Assembly (NCBI GenBank): GCA_015055815.1
Contig: SVHM01000002.1
Location: 7,520-71,519 of the forward strand
Reading direction: 5' to 3'
DNA from: Clostridiales bacterium
Lineage (GTDB): Bacteria; Bacillota; Clostridia; Christensenellales; UBA1242
Length of the DNA: 64,000 nt
The translations under genes and the position numbers were made by a program. Positions 35,901 to 42,517 of the stretch are shown here, one piece after another (within the stretch, counting starts at the first letter, position 1; every line of letters starts with the position of its first letter). Under the pieces are notes generated by a model. That model worked only from the letters and a program-made list of their open reading frames with translations. It ran no database searches and was not told the DNA's origin.

Positions 35901-38900
35901 ATTCTCATTTTCTTCACTTGAAGTCGCTTGAGTTTGAGAAGCTCCACTACCAGTAGGAGTGGTAACTGTAGGAGCAAGATTTGTTACTAATTGAACATAT
36001 CTTGTACCGCCATATGTATAATATTTATCTTTGCCATAAGCAAGTGGTCTACCACCTAAAATAGACGAATGTCTAAATAATATATATTTATTAAGATTGT
36101 TAATACTATTAGAACTATCTTCACTAGCATTTATACCAGTGTCTGTAGTTGAAATATATAAAGAATTTAATTCAACTTCTGACTCTGTATTATCTGCGTC
36201 TGTAGTTGTATATTTCAAACTTTCCGAGCCATAATTTACATTATAGTATGTATAATCAATAGTTTCAAGCAGACTATTACTAGTTGCGCTGAATTTGATT
36301 GAGAATGGTTTGAAATAATAAGTTTTTAACTGTCCTGCAGTAGAATAACCAAATAAATTAGTAGCATATACATTTTCACTTACAGTCTTTGTAGATGAAA
36401 TATTAGAAATGTGTGCATTATTAACAGCTTCAATTGTCTCATTTATTGAACCATTACCATTATAGAAATTAATTTCTTGACCGGAAACAAATGACATATA
36501 TGCAATAATTGTTGACATTTTGAAGTATTGATTATCTAAATCTGTTACGACTGAATAATCTTTAACAGCCCCTTCACCGCTTCCGTCTGGGTCAAACCTA
36601 AAGTAAATTGGATTACTTCCATTTTTTAGTTCTCTATATTCTTCTCCAGCGAATTTCTCAATATCAGCAATTTCATTATGAGATGATAGTTTTGTTTCTT
36701 CGTTTTCTGTAATTCCATCCGATAATTTCATAGTTGAGAAACTATAAATCATATTACCAAATTTACCAGAAACTTTATCTTTATTTGGAAGAGTTATTTC
36801 AAATGAATATTGTAACGACCCAAATCCTGATGGTGTAGTTTCTGTATTAGTGCCACCTTCAGTTTCACCGTCACCAGTTTCACCTTCTCCCGACTCTTCT
36901 TCAGTCACACTTGCAGTTGAATTTGATCCATGAACAAATCCATAACTATTAAGTGTTGGAAGAACTCCAGATGGAGTTGAGCCAGCAGAAACTTCAATAT
37001 AAGCAACGCCTTGTCCACCATTTGTGGTATTTGAAGCAATAAACAATATATGTCTAGTTGTTGTTTTTGATGGGTCTTCTTCATCTTCAGCGATATATTT
37101 ATTAAGTTCAGAAGCATCTCCAATAAATCCGCCAACTGTATCAGCTGTAGCACAAGTAATTGTACTGCTATTATTATAAATAGTTCCATCAACTGTTGTA
37201 CCTACAATACTAATAACACCTTTGGCTTTTCCAATTAAACCACCAACATATGCACGATATGTGTCTTGTATAACTTCATGAACAAATGCAATTTTTACAT
37301 TAACAAATGATGAATATATAAAGCCACCATTCATTTGACCAATCATTCCACCAACATATCTATTTCTATTTAGTGAACTATCAGCCATTTTAACTACAAT
37401 ATCACCATAGTAGTCATCATTTAACCCCAAATGAGCATCTACTTTATCTGCTACATGAGAATTAAAATATCCATTAGTTGTTACATTTTTTGAATAGTAA
37501 CCATGAACAGAATTATGAGCAAGTATATCACTAAATTCAACTGTACCTGCATTATAATTTACAGCAATATCATCAGATGTATATTCACCGATTAAACCAC
37601 CGATTTTGTCATATGCATAAATACCAGTATTTAAATATGATGCGATAACATCTTCAAATTCAATAAATTCTACTTTATTTCCTAATATTGTTGAACCTGC
37701 AGTAGCAGTACCTACAAGACCACCAACTTTTTCATTTCCAATAAGTGTAGGAACTACTAACAAGCCTTCAATTCTAGCATTATTTACACCAACAGCACCA
37801 CCAATATTATCACTTCCATAAATAAACACTCTAGCAACAATATCTTTCATACTTCCAGAATATGTATTGGTTGTGATAATAGTTTCTTCTCCATCAGTAG
37901 TTTCAGTAACTTCAACTAAATTAGTATTTTTACCAACAATTCCACCATAGTAGTTAGTTCTACTGTACTCTTTATCTTGGCTAACATTAATAAATGTAAC
38001 AACATCAAAAGAGTTTAGATTGTCAGTAACATAGAAATTACTATTATTTGAATATATCCTTCCGCCCCTATTTTCACCAGCAATTCCACCGACAAATATA
38101 TTAGCAGTTGCTTCTGCATTTTGATTATCTACAATTTCAAATTTTAATTTTGCTACACAATTTTGAACGATAGATTTGTTAGCAATAGAAACATCGTCAG
38201 TTGTATAAAGATTTAATCCTACAATTCCACCAATATTTGAATTAACAGTATGACCATCTGCAAATACTGAAGAAATTGAATAATAAATTCCATATGACAT
38301 CTCATTAACAGAAGAAACAGAATTGTTTGTTAAAATTTGATTAGTTAGAGTGCAAATAACCTTACAGTTTCTAATAATACCAGCATTTGTACCTGCTAAC
38401 ACGCCTACATTTTCTTTAAGAACAATAGTTTGTGAACTTGTTGATGTATAAGATGATACTCTAACTATCGGATCTACAATAGTAATATTTTCTATATGTC
38501 CTTTTGCTCCAATTTTTGCAAATAATCCATAGTTTACATCTTTCTCAACAGCCAAGGCGTCTTTGCTCATATTATAAGAAATATTTAGACCATAAATTGA
38601 ATAATTTGCTCCTTCAGTAGAAGCAAGCTTACCAGTAAATTCTACATCAGTATCATCAGCCTTATAACCCAATGGCATCCAAGGTGATGTAAGTGTTATA
38701 TCGTTGACAATTTCGTAATTTAAAGACAATCCTTCATCAGTGTCATAAATTTTCTTTAAATCTTCTTCATTGGCAACTTTATATGGAATACCCCTTCCAT
38801 TCTCAACAACAATAGTAAGAATTTTATAATAAGTATATTTGCTAATTTTATCACTGAAAGACTCGTTTCCACTATTAGTGAATTCTTCTTTTAATGCACT

Positions 38901-41900
38901 TCTTGGGCAAAGTGCCACTGTATATTTAGGAGTTGATTGTTTACCTTTTCTAATATTATGAATAGTAATCTCAAGAGTATTAACTTTACCATCTACAGGG
39001 ATTACAGATATACCTTCACCATCATCATAATAAATGTCCAAGTCTTTAATTAAAAGTGTAGACTCTTCTTTATTAACTACAAAATCATATGTTATAGTTT
39101 CTGTGTTATTTTTAGAAAGAGTTGTAACACCACTATCTTGGTCTGTAACACCACCCATATCTCTAAGGTCAAATGATACAAGATTATTATAAACATTGAT
39201 ATTAATTCCATCGCCTTCCAATTTAGCAGATTCAACTATGTTGATTGAAACTTCCAAAGTTTTATCATCAGTAATTAATTGTCCATTTGGTAAATAATAC
39301 GACTGCTTAACAACTGCACGAAGAATTAAACTTGATTCTTGTTCTTGTAGAGTTCCTAAATATGAAATTTCAATAACTGCACACTTTCTATTACTTGTTA
39401 ATGAAAGGGTTACAGTTTCATCACCAACACTTGATAGTATGTCGCTTAATGATTTTGTTAAATCAGTTTCAGTTGAAGCTATACCATCCAATCTACCACC
39501 TTTTGATGTAGCCAATACCCAATCAATAGTATAATTAATGTTTGGATTTTCTGGATTTAAAGTTAAAGGAACTTCAACAGTACAATATTTACTTTGATAA
39601 GTTTCATTTTCGTCATACTTTGCATAACTATTAACAGTATCTTTGTTATAAACTTCCAAAGTGTATTTTTCTGTTGACAAAGAAGTTACAACACTCAAAG
39701 ATGAAACATTGAAAGATATTTCATAAATAATATCATCAGCAAGCCCCATATCTTGCTTAAATACAAATTTAACTGTAGGTAATACCGAGCCTGTTATTTG
39801 ACCATTAAGTCTAATGGTTTTATTTGCTTTATCAATATCAATTAAACTACTTGTGCTTGTAACACGATCTATTTCAAGTATGTCAGTAAGGTTATTGGTA
39901 GCTTTACCACCAAGATGATATTCAAAATAATATGTCTCACCAACAACAAATTGCGTAGTTTTTACTTGTGGTGTATTGTCACCTTCTTCAGCAGTTCCAA
40001 CTTTACCTTTATTGCCTTCAATTTTATTCGTGATATCAAATGAATAATGATATGTATTATCGATAACTATTTCAGATAAATTAGAAATTTTTACTTGCAA
40101 ATCTGAATTATTGTTTATAGGATAAATTGTTCTTATTGTAAATTCAATTGGTTGAAAATCTGAATCTTTAACTCCTACCCTAATAACAGAAACACCAACT
40201 TGATTTCTAAATCTAAATACCCATTGTGGAGCAGCTCCTTCAGTTTCACTTTCAAAGTTAACACTCACAACATTATCATTACTAGCATAAGTACCATCAC
40301 TTTGCTTAACATCAACAAATATAAATGAATAATCAGGATCTCCACCTTCAAGCGTTGGAATACCATCAATATTTGTTACATAGTCAGTTAAATATGTCTT
40401 TTTATTCCATTCTTGATTTGAATTATTGTAATTTTCAATATCTAACTCTTCAGTAAATATTCTAATTTCATTATCAAATTCAATTGAAGTAGCATCTTCT
40501 ACCATAAGAAGTTTAATAGATTTTGATGCAACAGGAGATTCATCTTCACTTATTGAGATATTACTTTCACCTACTAAGAATACATCCCCACTAACTTCAA
40601 CATCAGTTCTTCTAAGTATGATTGTTTCACCACTATAACACCACTCAATTGGTTGCATAGTTTTACTACTTAAAATTTCAACACAACCTTCCGCTTCAGT
40701 TTCGATATGCAAATTGATTACTTGCTTCATATCGTTGAAATTATTTATATCAAAATAATGTTTATCATTCCATGCTGTTACTATAATTGGAACTTTTCTT
40801 TCAGTACTATTGAACATTACAATTGAGTTGTCAGTACAACTTTCTACTTTGTTGTTATTGATAAATTCTTCATTGTTATAAAATTCAATTCTATTTGGAT
40901 AAGTAATTGCCTTGACATCTACTTCCAATTCAACTTTTTCATATTCAGGATAATTAGCAAGACCAACTTCAAACACTAAAGTATAATCACCTTGCATAAC
41001 ACCTTTTCTAACTTCATAAGTATGTTCATTAGCAGTCTTAGAAACTTTAATACAACTAGTATCAGAAAGTTCACCATTATCTTGAAGATTTTTTACAGAC
41101 AATGTATATAGTTGAGCAGTTCTCTGAACAGGAATTCCTTCATCCCCCCATTCATAGAATAAACCTTTTTCTTCAGTAACATATGTATCAACACTACCTG
41201 TCTTTTTCATTACTGCTAAATTTGTAAAGTAATAATTAGAAAATTCACCAGATGAATTAAATGCAATAGTTAATTGATTACCAGACATCAAATTAGGTCT
41301 ATTACCATTTAATTCTTCCTTAATAACAAAATCATTAGCAGTTGGCAAATCATAAACATTTACAATTACTTGTCTTGCTATCTCTTCATTAACAGCCGAC
41401 CTAATGTTCATAATAAATGAAGATAAATTAAAATCAGTTGGAACAATTAATTCTGAGTAATTACTATTTTTTATGTAAGAATTCAAAGAAGCTAATTCAT
41501 TTTCGTTATTAACTTCACTTTCAGAAGATACAGCAGACACATCATATGTTAATCCCGACTGTGTTGTATTCAAAGGGAAAAGTGAAATATGTTTGTTCTC
41601 ACCAAGAACTAAAGACATCTTTTCACCCTTAACAACAGAGAATACATCTGAAGTAAGTTTAATAGCCTTAATTGGAACAACTACATTAACTTTGTATGAT
41701 AATGAAGCATCACCTTCGTGAGACTTAATATCAATAGAACATGGACCACCACCAACAACTTTAAATGTAGCAGTAGTAGAATGTCCTTTATTAACATTAG
41801 AGTTAAGAACCAAAACAGACTTATCTGAAATATTAAAAGATAATTTTCCAGAAACCCTATCTTCTACCCCTTTCACATCTACTTCTAGTGAAAAAATAGT

Positions 41901-42062
41901 TTCACCTTCATCAGCAAAAGTAATAGAGCCGTTTTCAATGCCTATTTCCTTAACTATTTCTATTGTCATATTTTCGTACTTACTTTTACCACAAGCAGTA
42001 ACACCACAAACGGTGACAAACATAAGTACGACAAATGATAATATCTTGTTCCAAATTTTCAT
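17994..42062 (-). CDS. Giant surface lipoprotein (8022 aa) with a beta-rich N-terminal region plus about 7 GLUG-type repeat cassettes
   Basis: The ORF is an uninterrupted 24,069 nt in AT-rich DNA. The start is ATG at 42062 with the SD AGAGGGA. The signal peptide is MKIWNKILSFVVLMFVTVCGVTA|C, with the lipobox VTAC. There are dozens of GGxxG turns (IGGIVGLN, VGGIAGEN, VGGLVGTA, IGGLIGEY, VGGMIGQM...) spaced by N.G.I.N(S/C)Y-type strands, as in the Pfam GLUG motif family. F/LDGNG entry motifs recur. Confidence 0.93.
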   Translation of the reverse strand: MKIWNKILSFVVLMFVTVCGVTACGKSKYENMTIEIVKEIGIENGSITFADEGETIFSLEVDVKGVEDRVSGKLSFNISDKSVLVLNSNVNKGHSTTATFKVVGGGPCSIDIKSHEGDASLSYKVNVVVPIKAIKLTSDVFSVVKGEKMSLVLGENKHISLFPLNTTQSGLTYDVSAVSSESEVNNENELASLNSYIKNSNYSELIVPTDFNLSSFIMNIRSAVNEEIARQVIVNVYDLPTANDFVIKEELNGNRPNLMSGNQLTIAFNSSGEFSNYYFTNLAVMKKTGSVDTYVTEEKGLFYEWGDEGIPVQRTAQLYTLSVKNLQDNGELSDTSCIKVSKTANEHTYEVRKGVMQGDYTLVFEVGLANYPEYEKVELEVDVKAITYPNRIEFYNNEEFINNNKVESCTDNSIVMFNSTERKVPIIVTAWNDKHYFDINNFNDMKQVINLHIETEAEGCVEILSSKTMQPIEWCYSGETIILRRTDVEVSGDVFLVGESNISISEDESPVASKSIKLLMVEDATSIEFDNEIRIFTEELDIENYNNSNQEWNKKTYLTDYVTNIDGIPTLEGGDPDYSFIFVDVKQSDGTYASNDNVVSVNFESETEGAAPQWVFRFRNQVGVSVIRVGVKDSDFQPIEFTIRTIYPINNNSDLQVKISNLSEIVIDNTYHYSFDITNKIEGNKGKVGTAEEGDNTPQVKTTQFVVGETYYFEYHLGGKATNNLTDILEIDRVTSTSSLIDIDKANKTIRLNGQITGSVLPTVKFVFKQDMGLADDIIYEISFNVSSLSVVTSLSTEKYTLEVYNKDTVNSYAKYDENETYQSKYCTVEVPLTLNPENPNINYTIDWVLATSKGGRLDGIASTETDLTKSLSDILSSVGDETVTLSLTSNRKCAVIEISYLGTLQEQESSLILRAVVKQSYYLPNGQLITDDKTLEVSINIVESAKLEGDGININVYNNLVSFDLRDMGGVTDQDSGVTTLSKNNTETITYDFVVNKEESTLLIKDLDIYYDDGEGISVIPVDGKVNTLEITIHNIRKGKQSTPKYTVALCPRSALKEEFTNSGNESFSDKISKYTYYKILTIVVENGRGIPYKVANEEDLKKIYDTDEGLSLNYEIVNDITLTSPWMPLGYKADDTDVEFTGKLASTEGANYSIYGLNISYNMSKDALAVEKDVNYGLFAKIGAKGHIENITIVDPIVRVSSYTSTSSQTIVLKENVGVLAGTNAGIIRNCKVICTLTNQILTNNSVSSVNEMSYGIYYSISSVFADGHTVNSNIGGIVGLNLYTTDDVSIANKSIVQNCVAKLKFEIVDNQNAEATANIFVGGIAGENRGGRIYSNNSNFYVTDNLNSFDVVTFINVSQDKEYSRTNYYGGIVGKNTNLVEVTETTDGEETIITTNTYSGSMKDIVARVFIYGSDNIGGAVGVNNARIEGLLVVPTLIGNEKVGGLVGTATAGSTILGNKVEFIEFEDVIASYLNTGIYAYDKIGGLIGEYTSDDIAVNYNAGTVEFSDILAHNSVHGYYSKNVTTNGYFNSHVADKVDAHLGLNDDYYGDIVVKMADSSLNRNRYVGGMIGQMNGGFIYSSFVNVKIAFVHEVIQDTYRAYVGGLIGKAKGVISIVGTTVDGTIYNNSSTITCATADTVGGFIGDASELNKYIAEDEEDPSKTTTRHILFIASNTTNGGQGVAYIEVSAGSTPSGVLPTLNSYGFVHGSNSTASVTEEESGEGETGDGETEGGTNTETTPSGFGSLQYSFEITLPNKDKVSGKFGNMIYSFSTMKLSDGITENEETKLSSHNEIADIEKFAGEEYRELKNGSNPIYFRFDPDGSGEGAVKDYSVVTDLDNQYFKMSTIIAYMSFVSGQEINFYNGNGSINETIEAVNNAHISNISSTKTVSENVYATNLFGYSTAGQLKTYYFKPFSIKFSATSNSLLETIDYTYYNVNYGSESLKYTTTDADNTESEVELNSLYISTTDTGINASEDSSNSINNLNKYILFRHSSILGGRPLAYGKDKYYTYGGTRYVQLVTNLAPTVTTPTGSGASQTQATSSEENENVLQGEAVSYSIGASMTKVSDNISKTNSTMQQSEKSVNNEEIEVANFIESLKSSAQSIASSSTSNATVEYYQVDYSRYKYTTIPVYGGYRKVIDFKGDGEYDDFDKNLSANLDNWLIEKNRYDLFDCCNITIYPPFLQNGALKFITSDPQVGYIEIVNNKPYFVACGNGEISIRISSVYNANNYATIKLNVISPVNTFNLYNGEIREENKLTSESIVNLLLNDKYNVEIVPEYAYILSDSDRGTLGFDSDCAPIYLVIDNDFEVKYSYLKAENKEGYPTVKIDNITTYPYTSSNSVKLSAGSYGTAIPTISATLYWKNGEQVKIINNNTETTFTASFKVKTLIGATSISSDSKVEFEPDVTSFFDVIVYTDNSNEKVTLDIKNNHNGNVFNGFEFVTNGTTHEFDKMFIKLHSSPYDNTEKKIIYTFMIGVRENEKLSTDLIQSYNLTFKVDKVNGGPEDKTLDTVTTVNILKQSFNESSIHYAYKPDGSEDGDFDKTYDANNYYVANALVSGYPGLLRLNIYPKYASVDYVVIESTKVGNTYIAFEQMVANYTGSQVTSYSSLYNTVSGENRLVLEKVSIIDGGKNVFDGSFYVRTNIQNTIPSNVDGFLITYSFYVNEANGTSTRVGGNSIYIVTKNSPSIDISVNGLEERAVATFNHPLVIDAKTDNKNSITWKLVENLGQNNSISSLNTIFKNTEPRYENGKFYLDVKSANDIGVEYSSYIGKTFTLTATITSTINGKYYTDSDEIKFILAPYIIDKINVKYVTNGQMLGIFNQPYDLRLDIEATYDKDYDQLNNYALSNQIKNFADALSKKDAQSFYYLQNNVHIPLNVGDPYPDFEITDNEDSSDYLIIRNTRINSASTLLARIAYSYTKDGGGVENKIVSDGYSFEKITAFTLSFVRLNTEVNPEPIYSVDQFKNMVGGENSHYILMNDITLENWVPLDEDIKSFDGNGYVIKLKSFYDTTKNTSIEDKAEDLNLGIFSQIYSDSIIKNVVIEIPCENRKNDQGDDIGFEYTDSAIEALGDLQISAGNYSNVKFGILTPINNGIITNVTITSNAKDYRNNRQRILQETDNNENTQSIRKLASVNVYFGLDYSLTGSYKIGGLVAENNGYITNSNINNVTIKGRDNVAGFVVDNNNTISSCYYDGGNVVALTAKSEDVGASGFVYNNNGKILYSYTSGGHFYNSNNTEHVNLTGLTSLTGFNGYNYVINNDSLYDDRGNSSYDYKDMRKMSTAVISANGNASSFVYKNAGIISDSYANFMVSGNVTTGFAFKNSGTINNTYSLSSVVKDGSPFLALKGEDNFNDGTITNSYYLKVLNTDIEFAGSATGDSNTFIDEYNNYESQNQVANAISLNQFGIVNTFETFAFNSDFSTNINTIASSVWYYPTGSESRDNFRNINYPSGVPQLVSANLMTYSFKTSINSKSIDVKECVYELMLTHNIMNKFGSDIDRKNIMVGVTSSVTSSETGENTTNYVVQVNMYLSTDNYTTATNTEIQEGNTQSTYEILVNDIKSAISNKITGGTIRYNINFIDKSKNSVPVDTTNTYEYEDKTSWSVPTSESTANQNISLIRYGESVFNPYLIKNSNDYNNYVLELGNNNISLTERNNLVSNKKMRLVSDIEFGTPGNAVSAITYNVNYKGIFDGNGMTINNVNINADATKTDNAIAKQLAKTYEEDDKIILREISITSGQVNIDGTTYNVDTTKLTLNGNEVTNINYKIDNNNSKVILLQNATSLGLFAKITGKAVVKNVNIVVNEMYGTGVNFVGALAGQVIDSNLFNINVSGNSNVVVYGLNAVGGVVGRVSGSSSLVNVTSGVSATSNNDSVKENSFSAKNPYITYISEYNVYIPKNTTPNDEYSNFSKVSYAGGIAGILDLSQIDTTIQDFDVNSIANVRGNKLQGTAIITGQIVGGLFGYAGNKTFISQNSVSVATNSTLRATRIAGGLVGMNKGVIARSYVANEQITQDTVDKNIKNIASNKNNTQVFGDKISNTGSDTFFSANAHFIGGLVGLNQEGRIENCYNRVNVININSMYAGGIIGANIGGELSTVYTTSDVYAYYGVGGIIGINTNYAENFDTVQTEQIPMFKLFIEDSEIDANSNYKKFFNDADAPSLSMTSIVASNIWKKEHLNIDRYVVNKSDDFANIGSLVGYWVNCKNVEGDDKDLNIIHVNDFNSRMLKEDMYTITAYTFNSINESLASSSSDSFDKFELIGEIGNISTTAPGISNTNIENGKYITTISTANNNTTATPVVIASNIGNVFSGNYITLSVNGNAIAIDDVAHFSRLGTYSSSRTLQEILGKTYNHANAIKILNAIKNGTDTDTVSKGETQEIKDITISTSDGTYSTGLIAQRNATSQDIFNDSFWRSSVWGYYKVDASDDTTKQNPIFPVFEMELTEPIIHVNTAEDLLKVYEYPYGTFILDQNIAIPSDKVSLPLLSTGNPFTGTLKKGTATTITIKGMAGNNVGLFSAIKGATIEGINFVVDGDIEVNSGINSAGGVIFGYAYSRGFATNKIKDVSITFTSGKKIIAKNSASYIGVVGGYAESLEISELTITNPTIVVGDVDNTNSEKDITGINNLSLYVGGICGYGSIAVGKGLDTVTITNQNIKVDIAYGENELYDTIAVGSLFGKVIGFDDSEINNISIDENITTPTSILDVKLEALSDSKVSYEMLGVGGVFGIVEGKQNEITTTKFNINNINVKLSKFKYNNKSVYVSSNIINSGIAGIGGYAGLIGTNFNGDLQFGDGLSYYCGMGEITHDNDKSHMSSMNKTHSTINIAGTVGAILSGVGHNTIPAPVNVANIPMLTTSITEKDNAIINVGGVFGSTNCGTYTKAVSNIIKVTTNIGDSTQLNVGGFIGKATDTAVNNSYYNGTLEIVADDQSSLNINAGGLVGYLNNYSNTDNMKTISQSFADGSIKLNVSRSEPRENEQINANIGGMIGFVNNGVNIVDCYTSNTIEVCYEVYAENGTLQHSEISSLYNSLGGIIGRVEISNKDYVDKIKLNTSYSIANIVCANNTDPNSQMGGIIGNAKLMTNGQVDIYDLLSEIENVYYLSEFMLKTNQIGTPLSVQDMLYDHEDDGGNNIYSAFGSKWAGNTDTDNNVFPNLKIFISDTDNYNYNSARLNPIQLSSTNAVSNKLRLVSGKSYIITNTSMSISLEVSNGSLDNNDIYFNNCIATITKVDKLSRVYGMSINGNVTSTIIGTNNGKISGSSINGNIDNGYYIQLNSSIDLHPSLTNLNVGNLYGKNDGLITYANINNKANIFNESGNGTIELSDIILNEISQANANLINCMVNTNNGIAYYDNNGTMLMATIRRDENNSFVLTATADDLIQFTKSSYEFDFYNDWIVFVGGTTNSGSTFGNAGYPMLKWMIKEECGGWFIDDMNIYSANQTDYANYSWNNYVNKYIEDNIPSEYLERVPLPTSHVSLIDHIRINSINKTFNIRDDIGFAYFIRLVNEGMSFDGYTVYIEEDIDMRGKILTPIGGKRTGNEITTFKGKFDGHGHTIKNITILNDTFAGIFGNSQMNSIKNVNFENVFVYSNNGDGAILVANQIGDLYIENVNISNARLLIANHNDIENSVGTLVGYMSNATRLDINNSAIDCYMLGDIDILGGAVGYINGVNTVNINRVYMLDKLDDPSLASDEKDITKKFVAKSTAGGIIGKIESSKLTLSKSFNETNISAGSFAGGIVGYAERTAIKLSECYNASSVEGIDDGAYASGLIGYTDKSVEILNAYISRGDLDKYTYFKEMAGDITNSYSGGVGWYYYPIYATHNAGFVNTKENEIVSVKITNAYLPYSEKVFTNSSSVTYNTVYMAVNTATSEPFNANEINKISGIELRAFDNILFYDSWLIPWSRVSGKNNNYPVLSVLTECWESEAPTNEAGVYIIENPKHLAWIAEQVNSNITFAGITIKLNNNIDLGGKIFKSIGYILFENENIEEQHPFMGTFDFNGKTISNINSVGYFSGKYLDNDNDLKGSTGLFGYTQNATIIGNSDNTPVLSGGYILNKSENVGALVGYAKDTVIGYKYNVDKDNYKVGEETINNITNIIVQDVTIAGFGSNIGGVVGTLEVTDQIMKVDKDTLGTANDVENTDINELCMGNITSNSTICLNRNNYVPSSNVGGMIGRITGSSDTTKVTFKKLRYEGFLTGFATYSSGIIGRIENIYVKLSRAEIEANALSHMDIGNSFGSIVAYSDGTIEINQVTVFNNPTAQVSILDNEVNLKVTSYNYGANVGGLIGYSKNVILNTDAINVGTITLKSHNNSESGAVGGLVGNADYIQLKAQNLNNYVHPEIKIDLNMQYKTASYVGGLIGKVATLKEDALKLKAYILEDEDKSITGIIGKSYLGGIAGYVGTFTGNNSMTSPEVTSDITITSGNSYYVAGGYGYIDNSYVVGNDNTSSKMTIKNHKLTVNISNETGISGDYVGGLVGYVKYGQYIDFINNTITINQINVASFNYVGGVIGGAGTAISSSSPIISGNKVVEGDKIGIDFVGIVANQYVGGIAGNLSGVNLSDNSVSSKITGNEYSGGIVGKLQNANVRNSKVTSSKLLFKKGVAGGIVGYISDGNVENASVRAESIEVNPLANHNHPEHRYAGGIVGYAVSDAIKEIENIDINFANSNNNKIKINDDKVFVGGVVGYAKNYNIFEASSRGTKLANGIAYKLEYDKSFNANQNWYTDANFVAEISVSEEGVQLYDILQMAVTTAEQEGEDNNISVEFGVGDALNTTSIFDETVVRFAEGKTGNSEKLSIICMEDINWNEHYANTQYRSLKKIVQNENFEYVFQEDGDISITYAVSYLLENIKQLYSESGVWHYYRINENNVALEMIDYGDDGAQRSAEYNTSSSQDDDKIGEFNSRTNQMELNSDSYQKIYTALTKRYTRDVTPINVRINLSGKPNIYTKVSGDKYTLNALGSAFYPINNLTIVGNGEVNTFENDEVVNVAVSSSDYGTFDLYGMIGYVSGAINVSNIHMEKGYNQAVNIHSGNYLATDGIYGGLVAKVISNEGRLVELTIHGIATGSNIALYGGLIGQVGEDTADPSIIRLFNVVTDGEYTNTSNINLIAGGSFGRLYSNVCIETSYFYDGCIINKSSIIGGKVTGGIVGELVLLGNDNYTLENMINGLQEQNNDNNFYYSTENDENNTIINGNVSGGIIGKVEYLGEEYQNKDEYPLLLIQYSKNFGSVGDYELEEDDFTENTQYAGGIIGVNEYENTNIDNCQNSGIITAIMQDDSDTEDIDESGIAGGIVAINYIPTDEDGNETNNGGYSDISNTAVLDASVQGKNLAGGIIGDAKKHLRISIHNSYVKANIKSEDVVAGYIGRVALDNNLSPELSCMINNKDVDDSEKLHKIYADKNYSENITTMTGMNIGGVFGELTIRQVVLIEELSDIYLGVDYIEAYKKYNVNNKDKTTSYAGGLVGKLITKIVSITLSEINSVISMTSVENDDYKVTYVGGLFGDLQQATVSSIKDTTISSNITARVAAGGIAGYLCERSALTIVNVDVNTRMYSNISGGHVGILERNSITIGHQASSSPSEITGVIEGTEIAGGVIGHSEYSSIVIRQTTISSGTIRGGSFAGGLIGKLDNSYKNLTDEMKNNAMTYDKEGKKTLTQEIGTHSLGYGYAQFGDSEDAIIIDSSIYSNNGACGGVIGWTSAFNRIDFINIQVNSRLIKAGLTTKEDNHIAGGIIGEVAPDTHGSVMNFYKCQVGASQTNKDQQIEGYTVGGMIGQAGSALMSTNEGDWRNDASNGIYRFLQYNAVGLSDNKYYGVTYLVGEAIVGGIIGDGNPGNQYYEGENTGNIFNSSGERLEVDGSAACQKTYTFMYDWLKNKDKDDSYKIQIYKVCYLASSDDAMFDNCGFSIGRALKMANEDAWLNVTEWIDISKYQGNGLFYQDSWYTSSLDITFRGSDSIADATCVALDENGEKNCVNIWFKKDGLTDKTGDGYRDYLISFNTQPTIRESAYSLSPLS
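41991..42062 (-). other. Lipoprotein signal peptide and lipobox of the 8022-aa protein
   Basis: The n-region is MKIWNK, followed by a hydrophobic core and the sequence V-T-A-C24. The Cys codon is at 41993..41991. Confidence 0.75.
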
Positions 42063-42138
42063 AATTTTTCCCTCTATAATTATATTTTGATAATAAATAA
42101 AAATTATTATTATATAATAATAAAATTATACATTAATA

Positions 42139-42167
42139 ATTATATATAAAACATCCCAACTAGTCAA
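42139..42167 (-). promoter_or_regulatory. Sigma-A type promoter of the 8022-aa gene
   Basis: On the minus strand, TTGACT (42167..42162) is followed by a 17 nt spacer, then TATAAT (42144..42139). The leader is about 70 nt. Confidence 0.55.
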
Positions 42168-42250
42168 ACAAATACGAGTGAAAAATATACAATTATGTAA
42201 AAATATGAAATATTTTTTGTAATACAGTACATTTATGTAAAAATTCGTAA

Positions 42251-42490
42251 AAACTAACTAAAACACAACTAAAACCATAAAACACACTATACCAAAACCA
42301 AACAAACCGCACTATTTGATTAAAATAAAAGATCCTATAAACTTTTAGTCTTAACAAACCCAATCTTGATTACTTTCACACATTGAAAACATATCCACTC
42401 ACACAACCATACTTAACCAATCACCACACAAACAAAAGACAACCGCAAAAGCCAAATTTATACACATAACAACATACTACGCAAACAAAA
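42251..42490. other. C/A-rich, G-depleted low-complexity tract between the two giant genes
   Basis: My hand count over these 240 nt on the plus strand gives about 64 C and about 10 G, with the rest mostly A. No ORF is present. Confidence 0.8.
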
Positions 42491-42517
42491 GAAAAACGTC
42501 TATAATTAGACGTTTTT
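42487..42517. terminator. Bidirectional intrinsic terminator after the 5021-aa gene
   Basis: A perfect inverted repeat, aaaaacgtcta (42492-42502) / tagacgttttt (42507-42517), has the loop taat. In the minus orientation the hairpin is followed by UUUUUCUUUUGUUUG. It lies 29 nt after the stop at 42546. Confidence 0.7.
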
